DNA of 64,000 bases. Source: Paraspadella gotoi. Taxonomy: Eukaryota > Animalia > Chaetognatha. A program made the translations under genes and the position numbers. Positions 1 through 12,802 of this stretch are shown here, piece after piece (position 1 is the first letter of the stretch; each line of letters opens with the position of its first letter). The stretch is taken from assembly GCA_051294375.1 (NCBI GenBank), contig CM119265.1, positions 12,141,866-12,205,865 of the forward strand. Direction: 5' to 3'. The notes below the pieces were generated by a model. It did no database searches. It was not told the DNA's origin and saw only the letters and a program-made list of their open reading frames with translations.

Positions 1-369
1 GTGTGAGAGGTGATGGGGTTAAGGTGATGGGGTTGATGGGAAGCGAGGAGAGTGAACGTAAAACCGGAGTTTCCGCGGGTCCACGGATAACACGATTTTT
101 TTAGTTTGGATTTAAAGGATTTTTCTTATGCAGAAGCGATAGAGATGGAGACATTTGGAAATCTCTTCACGTTTTCCTTTGGTGAATTTTTTCTAGCGGC
201 GGATTTCAAATGGTCATCTATATAGTAGTCACGTTATCACTGGGAAATACACATAAATATAAAGTCCCTTTGGAATGGACCGTTCCTGTTATTAAGCTTA
301 GATCCATTCCCACTATTTCCCCCCCCCTACCCCCCCTCGCTCTTTCGCCTCCCATTTCCACCGCCACAG

Positions 370-641
370 ATCAACTTCTCGTGCCGCGCCTTCTACGACT
401 ACCACCACGTCTCTTCCGGACGCAATTTCAACGAGGTGTTGGACGCTCGCCTTACCAACGCCCTCATCCAGATCTACAACATCAATCAGCTCTTCAACGT
501 TTGGATCACCGTCGCCCTCAGCGTCGAGAGATTCATCGCCGTCTGCTTTCCCGCTCAAGGTCTGCTCTGGGGGGGGGGGAGGGAGTTGTAGGGCGGGGGC
601 CAGTGGGGTTAATGGCGAGGGTATGCGTAGTTGTTGAGAAT

Positions 642-704
<63 letters not shown>

Positions 705-2886
705 CGACGCAGAGAGAGAGAGAGAGAAATACATCAAGGACTCCATTGACTCTTAGGCGGTCGTGTGGTGCTCGATGCGACGAACGGTTCGAATCATCCT
801 CCTCATTCTCATCCTCAGCGTCGTCTTCAACCTTCCTCGTTGCTTCGAGATGAAAGTTAGTTTATTATCTTATAATATATACTAAATATTATTTATATAG
901 TTATTTTGTCGAGACTGAAGAAGTAATTTGGCGGTAAATGTGAAGCTTATCTTTGGCTGTCTTATTTATATAATATTGTGGCGGTATATTGGCGGTATAT
1001 TGGTATATTGGTCGATTCAACCTGGCAACCTCTTGGCTTTTTCTCTAGCCTTAAAATCCAACCAGCGAAAATGGCCTCCTTTTGATAAGGAACTGCTAGC
1101 AGCACACTGTTCCATACGCCATTTCCGACCCTACCTAGAGGACGCGGCTTTACACTATACACTGATCATATTTCACTTGTACCTGCTGTCCGCAAAAAAG
1201 CAGAGGTACACACAATGAGGCAAGCTTATCAACTGGCTGGCATTGCTGAATATACTGGCGATTTTCGGCACATCTCTGTCGTTGCAGACGCCCTCTCTCG
1301 GCCACCAGTGTCATGTCAGAACCCAGGAAGCCCCAATCTCAAACCCCTCTGCACCCTTTTCTAACAAACTGTCAGCGCCATTAGACACCGCGAAAGCACA
1401 AAGTGATATCTCTGCAACAATCAATGCCATTGGCGCCATGCACATCAACTTTTCTGCAATGGCAAAAGACCAGGAGTCTGACGATGATGTCCAACGACCC
1501 CTCAAGGATCCTCACACTGCACTGAGACTCAGAAATATCTCTGTGAACGGCTCCGACCTCATTTGCCATGTTTCAAGCCACCGTGCCCGCCCTCTAGTAC
1601 CAGCAACATGGCGTCGACGAATTTTTGACTCTACTCACATCATTGCCCACCCTGGAGTGAGAGCAACAAAAACGGCTCATTACAACAAGATTTGTATGAC
1701 CATCAATCCAGAGTGATGTTGCCGATGGGCATCCTCTTGCGACACCTGTCAGCGAGCCAAAGTGCAGCGCCATGTGCAAGCACCACTACAGTCATTTCAG
1801 CCCTCAGATCGCCGCTTTTCTCATGTCCATTGTGATCTTCCTGCTGCTTCTGGGCATACTCATCTTTTAACGATAATTGATAGTTTCACACGCTGGCCAG
1901 AAGCAACTCCACTACGAGATACTACCGCGGCATCTGTTGCTAATGCTTTCCTTCAAAATGTGGGTAGCCCGCTTTGGTGTACCCTCTATCGTCACAACTG
2001 ACAGAGGTGCCCAATTTACATCCGAACTATGGCGTCAAGTTGCTACAGTGGTTGGTTTTGATCCCTCAACACCCACAGTCAAACGGAATGGTAGAGCGGT
2101 TACACCGGACTCTCAAAGCAGCACTCCGTACACGCTGCGATGCTGCAGGCAGCAATTGGCTGCAGCAACTACCTTGGATCCTCCTTTCTTTCCGAGCTAC
2201 ACCTCGAGATGATTCTGACATCTCACCTACTGAACTTTCCTTCCAGGGGAACTACTTCCGGCCCCGCCACTGACGCCGACGCCAATGCAAGAAACAAAGT
2301 CCTAGAAGAACTCCGCTCCGACGTGGCTCTTATGCAACCACTCCCCGCAGCCTGGCATGCTCCCGATCCCAGTCATGTCCCAGAGACACTTCGAGACGCC
2401 ACTCGTGTCTATATTCGCCGCGATGGACATTCAAAACCTCTCTAACCTCCTTATGATGGTCCATTCGTCGTCATAGAGCGCCACGATAAAACCTTCAAAG
2501 TGCAAATTCCCGGAAGAGGCATTGAGACAGTCTCCATCGACCGCCTCAAGCCAGCCATCATCAATGAAGATGCGCCGCCGCCTACTCCGCACCACGCCCA
2601 CGCGGTCGTCCACGCCTCAACACCCAACTCCTTTCGACTCCTACACCCCCTCTTCCCCCATCTATTCCCCCGCCCCCGCCCCGCCAGCATCGCCCTCAAT
2701 TTTTCCAATTCTTAATCTGCCGTCGACCTCTGTACAAATCTCGTCAACTCCTTCCGTCCATGCTTCAAACTCCTGAAGAAGAAGACGAAAATCAACCTCT
2801 CTCATAAGCCTCCGACCCACCGGGCCAAAGGCTTGGTTGGGGTTGTGTGGCAACTGATCAAGTCACCGACGAACGAACACGCAAAA

Positions 2887-2919
<33 letters not shown>

Positions 2920-4643
2920 TAACGTTTTTATATTTATTCGTACGTCCAAGTGGTCAATTCTTATTTTGTTAATGACTGTAGACTTAGCATCTTTTGTTCC
3001 CGTTTTCTTCTGTTTAACTCTGTTTTGTCTCCGTTTCTACACTCGAATAAAATTCACTCTTGCTCTGAACTTCGTATCGATCGTTGCCTCAATATCATTA
3101 ATTTCATCGTGTTGGCAATGTCAATAAAAGTTTCGTATTTTCTGTCATTTATTTTTTAATAAAAGAAATTTATGGATAAATTGACATTAGGTATTTAATT
3201 GCTGTGATGATTATGTTCACAAAAAGATTTAGAGTTCTTGTTACTGTACTTCTATATTTATATTTCTGTATTTCTATGAATAGCGATTATTTCGACAACG
3301 TTTTTTATCTATTAATAGAAACAGAAGAGCAGCTGACACAAATGGCTCACGCCATTAGGTTGCAGCCACCATATAGTTCTGTATATTACCTCGCTCCCTC
3401 TCATTTCTTTCCATATTTTACGACTAATTCCATATTCCTTTTTAGTTGCGCCGCGAGTACTCGCGGAGCAGCTCTAAAAGTCACCTTTCGCTCGGTCAGT
3501 CAGTCCGTCGGTATGTCTGTCCGTTGCGTTGGTCTGTCCCACTTACGTTAAAAAATTGAATTACCGTTTTTGTTTTTTTCTCTTTTTCTTTTTGTTTCCC
3601 TCTTACTTCTTTTCTTACCCCAAACCCCCCACCCCCACAATCCTTAGCTGACCGCCGGCCGCCGCGACCATCGTCCATTTTCCCGCCCGTGCCTCTATAT
3701 TTTTACGGCTACACCATCGCCGCCACGTCGTTGTTGTTCTACGTGGCTCCTCTCATTTCTCTCGTCACCATAAACTCCCTCACCATAAAATCTCTGAGGA
3801 AGCAGTTCAGGTGAGGCTTTTTTCAATTCATCTGCCCGAGTAGTTTGTTTTTAATATATTAATTTAATAATTTAACAGTTATATTTTGTGCTTTTGCCTT
3901 TACTACTTCTTGTAGAAACACTTTCATAAAAGTTTTTTTTTCTATGATTATAGGGAAATATACTAATTTTTAGAATCGAAAAATCACGAGCCGGTAATTT
4001 TCTCTCTGATGCTTAGAAATGATTCCCTCCGTGTATGTCTACACATACATACTTTTATACATATATATTTTATACTTACATGATTTTGTAATATGTGAAG
4101 CCCGAATAGAAAGAGGCCCGTATAAAAAGAAACGAAGAAAGATGAAGTTGACCTTTTAGTAACTATGAATTGGAATCCTTCCGTAAAAAGAAGAGAAAAG
4201 AGAGAGAAAAAGAACCTTGGAAATCTCGTTAAATCATTTTCCCGGTCGTTGGTTTCTCATCGTCGCAAATGGAAGGAATTTGTTAAGTTTGAGTAAACTC
4301 GAGTCTTAACTAAATATAAAATCTTTTTTTAATTTTAATTTAAAAAACGTTTTTTTTTCCTAAATTCCAAACTATCATCCGTCTATAAAGGTACACTATT
4401 TTCCGAACTTCCAAAGAGTCTAAATAGAAAAAAAAACTCTAACTGTACGTCTCACCAACGCTTTTTGTTTTAGCCCTCCCAACGCCCCCCAACCCTATGT
4501 ACCAGATTATTGTTTGGAACCGACAGATTTATTCAATCTCTAAATCAAGGAAAGGCGGCAGCCGACGCCACCGCCGTCGCTGCTGTCGCCAGCGCAGCAC
4601 CCGACACGGTTGAACGAGTAACGATAAAAGCATCTGTTCTCCG

Positions 4644-4727
<84 letters not shown>

Positions 4728-7344
4728 ATTACAAACACACTCACTCACACCTATTGTGAGTCTAATGGTTTGCGGTTCCTTTTTTTCCAACTGGCCAGTT
4801 TCCCTAGAGTAAAGGTTTCAGGCCTGAATTGATTTCCAGAATTATTGTCCGACGTATTAACTTTCATTTTCAAGAAAGTGGGCTTTTAAAATTGTATTTT
4901 CGTATATTTTATAGTTCATTACGGTTATTATTTCGTTTCGTTTAATATCGAAAAATCATTTATTTTTATAGTTTTATTTTTATTCATATATTTACATATA
5001 TTTTTTTGTTTTCCTCTCCCTCCTCTTTTTCTTTCTAATTTCCTCGACTATTAATTTAAAACGATTTTAAAAAACTTTGTTTTCTCCTTCATCTCCAGCG
5101 ACTCTCGCCGCAAAGCTCTGGGTGCTGAAGCGAGCATGCGGCGGAAGCGATACCTGCTGCAGCAAGTCAAGTCGGCGACGACGACGACGACGACGATGAG
5201 TACGGATCAAAACAACGTGACTCTTATCTGCCTCGCCGTCGTCGCTTCCTTCCTCGTTTGCCGCACCCCGGTGAGTGGAGACTCTTGCTGCAAGTTCCTG
5301 CCGCAAATTGCTGCGTGATGATTCTCGTTGAAATCGTTAACGTGATAGATTGGCGGTCGTCACTCGCTACGTTGATGGCAAAATCTGTTGGAGGAAGGAG
5401 TGATCTTGGCAACGCGAGTTAAGAGGCTTTTGACGGTGGCTGCCAAGCGATAGTGAATTAAGGAAAGATAAATTGCAATGTACTACGTGATTGAATCAAC
5501 GTTCTAATTCTTGGTCAATAGGACTCGCTGCAACTATTTCTCTTTATATGTAATCCTCCATTGATCCAACATAATGGAAATGAAAAAAATGTTTTGTTTC
5601 GATATTTATAAAAATTCATTTATTAAAAATTGTCATTTATTAAAAATTGTCATTTATTAAAAATTGTCATTTTGCTTGAAATGTATATAGATTCTAGAAT
5701 GCTTCCGTTGTGGGTCTTACAGTTTACAAGTGCCTTTTATTAGCGAATATTTTCGGTTATAAATATAATTGACGAATCTTCTTCAAGTCGGTCCAGGATA
5801 ATATTTTAAATTTGAAATAATAATTCAAAAAACCGACAAGGAATTGTCTGTTCCTGTTGTCTTTCCAACAACCGTCCCTTATATCAGTTTTAACTTCGCT
5901 TGAATAATCAGCACCCAATTGTCCAAGCGTGAAAAATCATTTCTGTTTCGTGGGCGCGGTTGTCAACTACTCGATGTAAACAATGAACTCTCTTGACAAG
6001 GACGATGACGAAAACGAATCCGGCGGCGGCCGCTGCATCGGCGGCGGCAGCGCCGGCGGCGTCGACCGCCAACGATCTGTTCGAGCGAAAGTGATGAGAT
6101 TTCCATTCTGCTGGCGAAACTAGGAAAAACAAGCGAGGAATGATGAATATTAAACGGAACTAAAACAAAGGGATAAAGCATAAGGAAAATGATCAATTGG
6201 GTGAGAGAGAAATCGGTTAATCGTAGAGTTTCGTGAGTTCGGACTCTACTAAGAATAAATATTAGTATCGGTCTTGGCAAGAATACTATAATTTTTAAAG
6301 GTATTTACCATTAAGCATTCACAAAACATTCACAAGAAAAGCAGTCGGTAATCAGTTATTATTTTATTATTCAACAGATGCTGGCCACTTTTATCACAGA
6401 CACGGTTCTCGCGATGAACATGAGCGAAGCCAAAAAGTTTCTGCGCGGACCGATTTACGATCAGGTACGCAATACAGGGTTGTAACTTGTATCGCGAACG
6501 TTATTGCGGATGATTCATTCTGAAAATACATGCAGATCTTTTGTTTAAATTTCGGGATAGAGAGCTCGTAAACTGTTGAGTCAAAAAGAAATAATTATGT
6601 CAAATTTAAACTTTTAAATACTTCACATATGTTATATCCACTCAATATATTTCAAAACTCTTTTACTTGAATAATGATCAGTTCCTCTCTCTGTTTTGCC
6701 GAATTAATATTGGATTATGTCCACTACTCGACAATCGATCATTAATTTTTTTCTAACCTTTTCTTATGAATATTGAGTAGCTTTCTAAATTCAAAATTGA
6801 TTTTAAAAATGGCGTCCCTTCTCAGCTTTGGGGCGTGGCTCAAACTCTAAATCTCGTCAATTCCGCCGTCAACTTCTTCCTCTACGTTTGGCTCAGCACG
6901 AACTTCCGTCGAGCCTTTCGTCGCGTCTTTCGCTTCGACGCAGCCGACGGCTTCGGCTCCTCTGCTCCGTCAAACGGCTCCAGCGGCGGTGGTAGCTATT
7001 ATTCCAACGGTCACCTCGTGCGGTGGCCTGCAGCGTCGTCGGCGTCGGTGGAGCGGCGTCGCGCCGGCGAGAGACCGCGCGCCGTGAGCGAGAGCGCCGG
7101 TGAGAACGGGATCGGCGTCAGGTCAGCGAGCGGGCGTTTCTCCGATCGTCCGCGAGAGGTAGAGACCAGGAGGGCGCTGACGCCGCAAGGAGGACTATCG
7201 GACGAGGCGAGCAAATTGACGCCGCTGATCATGCGACCGACGAGCGAGTCGGCGACGCAGCTGGCGCCACCGAGAGAGGGCGTAGGCTCGATTTGGCGCG
7301 AAAAAGACGAAGCGGAGTCGTTTTCCTTTTACAGCGAAGTGTGA
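370..7344 (+). CDS. Class A neuropeptide GPCR, FMRFamide/sex-peptide receptor-like; spliced, 5' exons not found in window. Exons ~370-559, 757-855, 3648-3810, 5099-5270, 6378-6464, 6826-7344
   Basis: AG/GT-bounded exons translate to TM3 'VWITVALSVERFIAVCFP', TM4 'IILLILILSVVFNLPRCFE', TM5 'LLFYVAPLISLVTINSLTI', TM6 'LICLAVVASFLVCRTP' and TM7 'NLVNSAVNFFLY' (NFFLY is typical of this subfamily). Two 1-nt homopolymer frameshifts are needed (~550, ~3700). Confidence 0.9.
1010..3091 (+). mobile_element. 5'-truncated, frameshifted Ty3/Gypsy LTR retrotransposon (RNase H, integrase, 3' LTR) in a GPCR intron
   Basis: RNase H 'FDKELLAAHCSIRHFRPYLE'; integrase 'LLTIIDSFTRWPEA', 'RFGVPSIVTTDRGAQFTS', 'HPQSNGMVERLHRTLK'; GPF motif and 'VSIDRLKPA'; followed by an LTR at 2846-3091. 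Confidence 0.93.
2846..3091 (+). repeat. Gypsy 3' LTR
   Basis: Starts TGTGGCAAC after a G-rich tract and ends GTTGCCTCA (imperfect terminal inverted repeat, TG...CA). Contains AATAAA at ~3046. Confidence 0.75.
3439..3545 (+). mobile_element. Helentron-associated (HINE/DINE-1-like) element 5' end
   Basis: TTTTTAGTTGC start, hairpin CCGCGAGTACTCGCGG, then a GTCA/GTCC-type microsatellite. Confidence 0.45.
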
Positions 7345-8091
7345 AAACATTTCTCAGCATTGATATATTACGACTTTAGTTGTTCCTTTGTTTTAAACGT
7401 CTCAATAATTTTTTTTTCTATCATAAAATTATTTATTTTAGTTAAATATTGAAGTCATTTGTGGTATTCATTATGGTATGGTTTGATCAATAAAAAGTAA
7501 TTAAATTCTAACGTGTTTATTTAATATTTATTTATTTACCATTAAAAACAATGAAGGAGACAAGTATAAACCAAGGAACCATTACAATTTTTAAAGTGTG
7601 TTAAGGTCCAGCACTAAATGTTATAGTATAAAATATTTTGGAACAATAATTTTAATTTTTAATTTTGATAAAGAAATTCACCATAATTTTTATACAAGCC
7701 ACCAAAAGCAAATCGGATCGGAGACTTGGGCCAACACTGAAATAGTGGAACATTTTGCATATTGAAGAGACATATTGAAGTATAATTATATGAAAACAAA
7801 AATATGTTAGAGGGTGAATGTTGTGGACGATATAACAAACATAACATTAACAAAATCAGGTATAAATTTGATCGAAAGTAAAAATACTTGTGAGGGTAAA
7901 AATCATCTATTGTTAATCAAATTTTTTACTAAGCTGAAAAATGACTTTGAGAAGAAACTGTCTCAGTGCTACTATGATGCGTATTTTCGTCAAGTGCGAC
8001 TGAACTCGAAACATATGTTTTCGTGACCAAAACAAAAAATGCAATCGCGAAAAAAACGACCAACATTAAAACGCAAATTATAATTTTGGTT

Positions 8092-8862
8092 CTAAATCTG
8101 GAACAGCAAGATTCCGGTTCGTAATCCAAGGAAAACGAAATTTTGATCGATTGACCGTTTCCGTTCGGAATCCGATTCCGATTGTTGAAAAAAGCCGTCT
8201 CTGCGAATTTCTTGTTTGTCCTCTTCCTGCATCGCGGCCTCGACGGCGAGCAGTTCGAAGATGAAGGACATTCCCCACACCTTCTCCAAGAAGAAGACAG
8301 TCTGCGTCCAGTACTTGGCCAACCGCGCCAGATCGTGACAAAATTTGCTACGATTTGCCATCCAACGGGCGCTCTGTACGGACAGCGTCAGCTCCTTCGA
8401 CTGCTCAATCGGGTCGCTGAATTCGCGTACCGATTCGAGGTCGCGTTCGTACTGGAGTCGATCGACGTCGCTTCCGTCGTTGATCCGAGGATCTACGAGT
8501 CTCTTGACGGCGACGACGTCCACGTCGAAGCCTTCGAAGTTGAAGAAAAGAAGGAAGGAGTTTTTGCGGATGTCCTCCTTCTTTAAGTAGGTCTCTCGGA
8601 GGAGGACGGCTTCCCGATCGTCGAGGACGCGTTGGCGAGAGATTTCTAGGCTAAAGTCGTTGTAGTAGGCGACGAGATCGATGTCAGCCTTCAAGCAAGT
8701 CGATGTCTTCTTCTCGAGTCCGCCGACGAGCTTGTGGCGCGACGGACGATGCACCGCTTTTTGTTTTAAGTGTTCGAAAATCTCGATGAATAAGAAAAGG
8801 AAAAAGACAAAAGAACAAAGACAATTTTGAATTTTCTGAAATCGATTTACAGAAATCGGCAT
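8092..8862 (-). CDS. OAS-like / Pol-beta superfamily nucleotidyltransferase, copy 1 (partial or deleted; possibly a pseudogene)
   Basis: 'LVGGLEKKTSTCLKADIDLVAYYN' fits hG[GS]x9-13DhDh; third Asp in 'GFDVDVVAV'; 'LARLAKYW' and 'SFIFELLAVEA' resemble OAS 'LIRLVKHW' and 'YALELLTVYA'. Similarity to copy 2 is lost after ~8220. Confidence 0.8.
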   Translation of the reverse strand: MPISVNRFQKIQNCLCSFVFFLFLFIEIFEHLKQKAVHRPSRHKLVGGLEKKTSTCLKADIDLVAYYNDFSLEISRQRVLDDREAVLLRETYLKKEDIRKNSFLLFFNFEGFDVDVVAVKRLVDPRINDGSDVDRLQYERDLESVREFSDPIEQSKELTLSVQSARWMANRSKFCHDLARLAKYWTQTVFFLEKVWGMSFIFELLAVEAAMQEEDKQEIRRDGFFQQSESDSERKRSIDQNFVFLGLRTGILLFQI

Positions 8863-8886
8863 ACAGTGATACTGTATCCTGGTTAA

Positions 8887-8945
<59 letters not shown>

Positions 8946-9004
8946 GAAAATTAGAATTGATCAATTGTTCAGTACCATTTAGGAAAACTCAAACTATTAA
9001 TACA

Positions 9005-9100
9005 TACAGTAGCATCCGTCTAGAATTTCTGAGACGGCAAGCTCTGTAACTCGAGAACAAATGATAATTTTAAAAAGAGCTTTTGTCTTGATATCGAATA
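9005..9100 (-). mobile_element. 3' half of a tRNA-derived SINE split by the 9101-12802 insertion
   Basis: Reverse complement matches the 3' part of the intact SINE at 14110-14360 (GAGTTACAGAGCTTGCC...CTAGACGGATGCTACTGTA). Confidence 0.8.
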
Positions 9101-9896
9101 CAGGGTTGTGGAGCTGGCCATTTTTTCTCCAGCTCCAGCTCCAACTCCAGCTCCGGCCAAAAAAATTTTTCAGCTCCAGCTCCAACTCCGGCTCCATCCT
9201 ATATTTTTTTCCAGCTCCAACTCCAGCTCCAGCTCCAATAAAAATTTTGAGACAGCTCCAGCTCCAGCTCCCGCTCCCAGCTCCGACCCTTTAAAGTTTA
9301 ATGTTTAATGTTGCTTGTATTTAAATCGGTACCAATTTTATTAATTTACTTATTTATAACTTATTTATTTGCTTATATTTAAATAAATATTAATTTTATT
9401 AATTCATGTAAGAAACCATTTGATAATTTATTTATTAATAATAATTATGTATTTTTTAATATTTAATGTCTGAGAAAACGATTTGTACTTAAATGTAGAC
9501 AATGAGTATAAAAGAGTATAAGAGAGTAAAAGATAAACATTTATACCCCACATAATTAATAGTTTATTTACTTTTTATAAAATAACATTTATCTAAAATT
9601 TTACCCTTTACATTTTAAAATATTTTGATTATTTAACAGGATTTTACTATCAAGTTTGAGGCTCAGTAATTCATGAGTTATGCTGCATTGAATTTTGTGT
9701 CATGTGATCACCTTTTAAAGTAGGATACTTATGCACGTTAAAGGTCTTTATCTTTACCCTACCTTCCCAGTTACCTTCCTTCCTAGTATAAACTGACAAA
9801 TTGATAAAGTTATAAGCCTTTTTAACATAAGTGGTACAGACCAACGGACAGACATACCGACAAACTGACCGACCGACCGACATTAAACGAGGTTAC

Positions 9897-10682
9897 TGTT
9901 AGAGGAAGGGGAAGGTCTCAATCCCAATGCTAAGGAACCAAGGACAAACCTTAGCCCACCTTGTCTTAAGGCAAGAGGGCAGCCGGCAGTCACCCAAGGC
10001 ATTTTTCCAAGAGGATCTTTGCCCGACACTAATATGACGAGGTCCTTAAGTCTGGGAACTCAAGATCCAAATGACCTATGACATTCCAAGGACCCAGTCA
10101 CATCGTCACTGCCTTTTGGGTTGTAGTCAGTCGCTACAGGTGGGTTAGACCCAAGTCCTTTGGGTTGGAAGGAGCTCGTGCTACCTCCGGCGCCATAGGT
10201 GCTGCTGATTCTCGGATTAGTAGCCGGGTATAAAATACTACCGCTACACATCCCCCCCTGCCCCTAGGCATCACACACCCGCGCAAGTGTGATGGCGATG
10301 ATGCACTCGTTGTGCCCGAGCATTCTAGGAGGGGCTGCCTATTCCTGCTCCCGTCTTCACGCATAATGGTCGAGGGCAGAAATGTGTTAACATGCCCGGG
10401 GCAGAGGTGTATTAACGTGCCAGCATGTTTGTGTGGGCTCACCAATGTGGAAGACGATGCCGCGAGCAGTTCACCGTCCATTGCACTCAAGGTCCCGAAC
10501 TTTGGATCGGGCTGTAGTCAGTAACTACAGGTGAGTGAGACGCCCGGTCCCGCTTTTACTTGTGTGAATCAGTAAGGCACGAACCTGAGACCTTTGGGTT
10601 GGGAGGAGCTTGTGCTACCTCCGGCGCCATAGGTGCTGCTTATTCTCGGACAAGTAGCAGGATATGAAATACTACCGCTACA
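9897..10682 (-). mobile_element. Miniature LTR element (TRIM-like) with tRNA-like sequence in both LTRs
   Basis: On the - strand: LTR from TGTAGCGG (10682) to ...CCACA (10446), PBS-like TTGGTGAGCC, ~200 bp internal region, PPT GGCAGGGGGGGATG, then a second LTR starting TGTAGCGG at 10248. Both LTRs contain TGGCGCCGGAGGTAGC and a B-box-like element. The left boundary is approximate. Confidence 0.6.
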
Positions 10683-10827
10683 TCTTCACAATTTATAATT
10701 TAAAATGTTAATGTTTGTAAATTTAACAAACTCAACTATCTCTCTTTCACTCTCCCTCACTCTTTTGTACTTATTCTTAACTTGTCCTTCACCTCCCACT
10801 TTTTTTTTATTAATTTTTTGTTGGAAA

Positions 10828-10874
<47 letters not shown>

Positions 10875-11166
10875 CTTTCACACACACAGACTTTATGCTC
10901 TGAAAAAAGTTTTCACAAATCATATATTAATATTTTGCGCTAATGAACACTTAGATCTGAAGTTAAAAAATTTTCTTGTTTTTCTCTTTCAAAATAAAAT
11001 CATTGCATAAACAAAACAAGATCGGTCCATCCAATATGTTTCGCCGCAGTGACCTTCTTTTCATTTGTTAAATAAGTTTATATTTGTCACCAAAATTTAA
11101 ATCTATATTATTATTTTACATATACTTATTCAACGTAATTGTAAATGTGTCACTATGAAGCAATTT

Positions 11167-11224
11167 AAAACAAGTTTGAGCAAACAATGTCGGATCTGCC
11201 CACGATAATTAAGCAGTAATCAGC

Positions 11225-11267
<43 letters not shown>

Positions 11268-11825
11268 ATACTAAAGTAGAAATAATTACAAATAAGGTAC
11301 AAATAATTTTTTTAACTATTATTATTTTTTCCACTTGCATCATTTTTTTTACTCGCATCATTTTTTTAACTTGCATCATTTTTTCAACTGCATCATTTTT
11401 TCAGCTTGCAACAATCTTTCAATTTGCATAATTTTTTCATTATGCATAATTTTTTTTAACTGGCATTTTTTTTTCAAATTTCATAATTTTTTACTTAATT
11501 AATTAATTAATTAATTAATTAAAACATTCATGAGTAAGCATAAATAATAAAAATTCAAGTCGACTTGTCTTTGGTTTTTTCTATGCAAACTCATTTCCAT
11601 TCCTCACGAGTAATTGGAGTTTTTTGCTAAGGGGGGACGGACTGACAGACAAAAAGACAGACGGACGGACAAAAAGACAGACGGATGGACGGACGGAGAG
11701 ACATCGTTTTTTTTTGCCTAATTTAGCATAATATGATGTTCTGATGTGATAAAAATGATTTACCAACAAGATTTAGGGGTGGGACCAATGGACCGACAAA
11801 GCTGATAAGCGGATCCAACTAAAAA
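11167..11825 (-). mobile_element. HINE/DINE-1-like (Helentron-associated) element
   Basis: On the - strand: TTTTTAGTTGGATCCGC start, TCCG/TCTG microsatellite, internal ~17-bp tandem repeats, sub-terminal GGCAGATCCGAC and an ...AAACTTGTTT end. Related copies at 13381-14058 and 32780-33010. Confidence 0.65.
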
Positions 11826-12802
11826 TAATCTATGATGACTTCATTTTTAAAGGCAAAAATATTTCACAAAGTCACGGCTTAAAATTTTGAAATAAATTAA
11901 ATACTGCAATAAGCAAATGATAATTTGGATTCAATTTCAAATCTATACTGAACAAACAAGAGACAACGTTTTAATTAAGCTTTTTTCTTTCTAAGAATGA
12001 TTCTATATTTTGAAAAAAGAGCTGTATCTAAAAGGTGTGTTTAGCAAAGGTAACAGACAAAATTGTTTTACTAATTTACTCAACCATTCATTACAATCAT
12101 AAGGTTTTATAAATTAAAATATAACGATGACTATTTGAAATAGAAGATGGAATGGTGATGTTGGCAGATTGAATAATATTGCGAAACAGCGTTAAAACAG
12201 AGAAAAAATAAGATATAAATTTATATATATAAATTTTTTGGACAATTATTTCTACTTAGATTTGCTGTTTCTGTTTGTACATATTGATTTAGTTTTTGCT
12301 TGCCATTAGAAATATAATAAAAAAGCTAAAAAATAATGATTTATTTGAAATTCATCAGCAGTATATATATATAGAATGGAAAATAAAGCCTTAATAATAT
12401 TTTAGGTTTTTTAAATTAAGGTGTTTAAGCTGTTGTTTAGGAATAAAAAAGTTAAATTGATTCATTATATTTTTATAATACTTTCAATTAAATCGCGTTA
12501 AAGATGTTTACAAGTTTCAAGACAGAAACTTGTAAATTAATTAATTAATAGCATTTCCGTCATATTTAAAAAAATTAATATTATTTTTTATTTTTATAAA
12601 TTTTATTATTTCCCAAAAAATTTCTTGGAGCTGAAGTTGGACGCTTTTTTGCCCGCTCCGACTCCAGCTCCAGCTCCGGCCGAGATTAAATCTCAGCTCC
12701 AGCTCCAGCTCCGGTAGGAAAATAAATTCAGCTCCAGCTCCAGCTCCGGCCAAATATGCCAGCTCCGGCAGCTCCGACTCCAGCTCCAGCTCCACATCTC
12801 TG

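Larger units (their letters stand above)
9101..12802. mobile_element. Non-autonomous TIR DNA transposon (hAT-like ends) with (CAGCTC)n subterminal arrays and nested insertions
   Basis: Ends CAGGGTTGTGGAGCTGG / CCAGCTCCACATCTCTG (15/17 inverted match). GAATA is duplicated on both flanks. It interrupts a SINE whose halves rejoin. Confidence 0.8.

Noticed and set aside
4510-4812. Poly-ER / poly-LS ORFs (also 210-749, 59213-59583, 60362-60811)
   Set aside because: Products of (GA/TC)n microsatellites.
7660-8129. Short ORFs next to OAS-like copy 1, including a hydrophobic stretch that might be a membrane effector
   Set aside because: AT-rich, lacking a confident start and any recognisable motif; the hydrophobicity is explained by T-rich sequence.
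9061-9308. ORFs with LQLQLQ/APAPAP/ELELEL repeats (also 12541-12946)
   Set aside because: Translations of the (CAGCTC)n subterminal arrays of a DNA transposon.
11335-11480. Regularly spaced short repeats that could suggest a CRISPR-like array
   Set aside because: No unique spacers, no cas genes and a eukaryotic context; this is a tandem array inside a HINE-like element.
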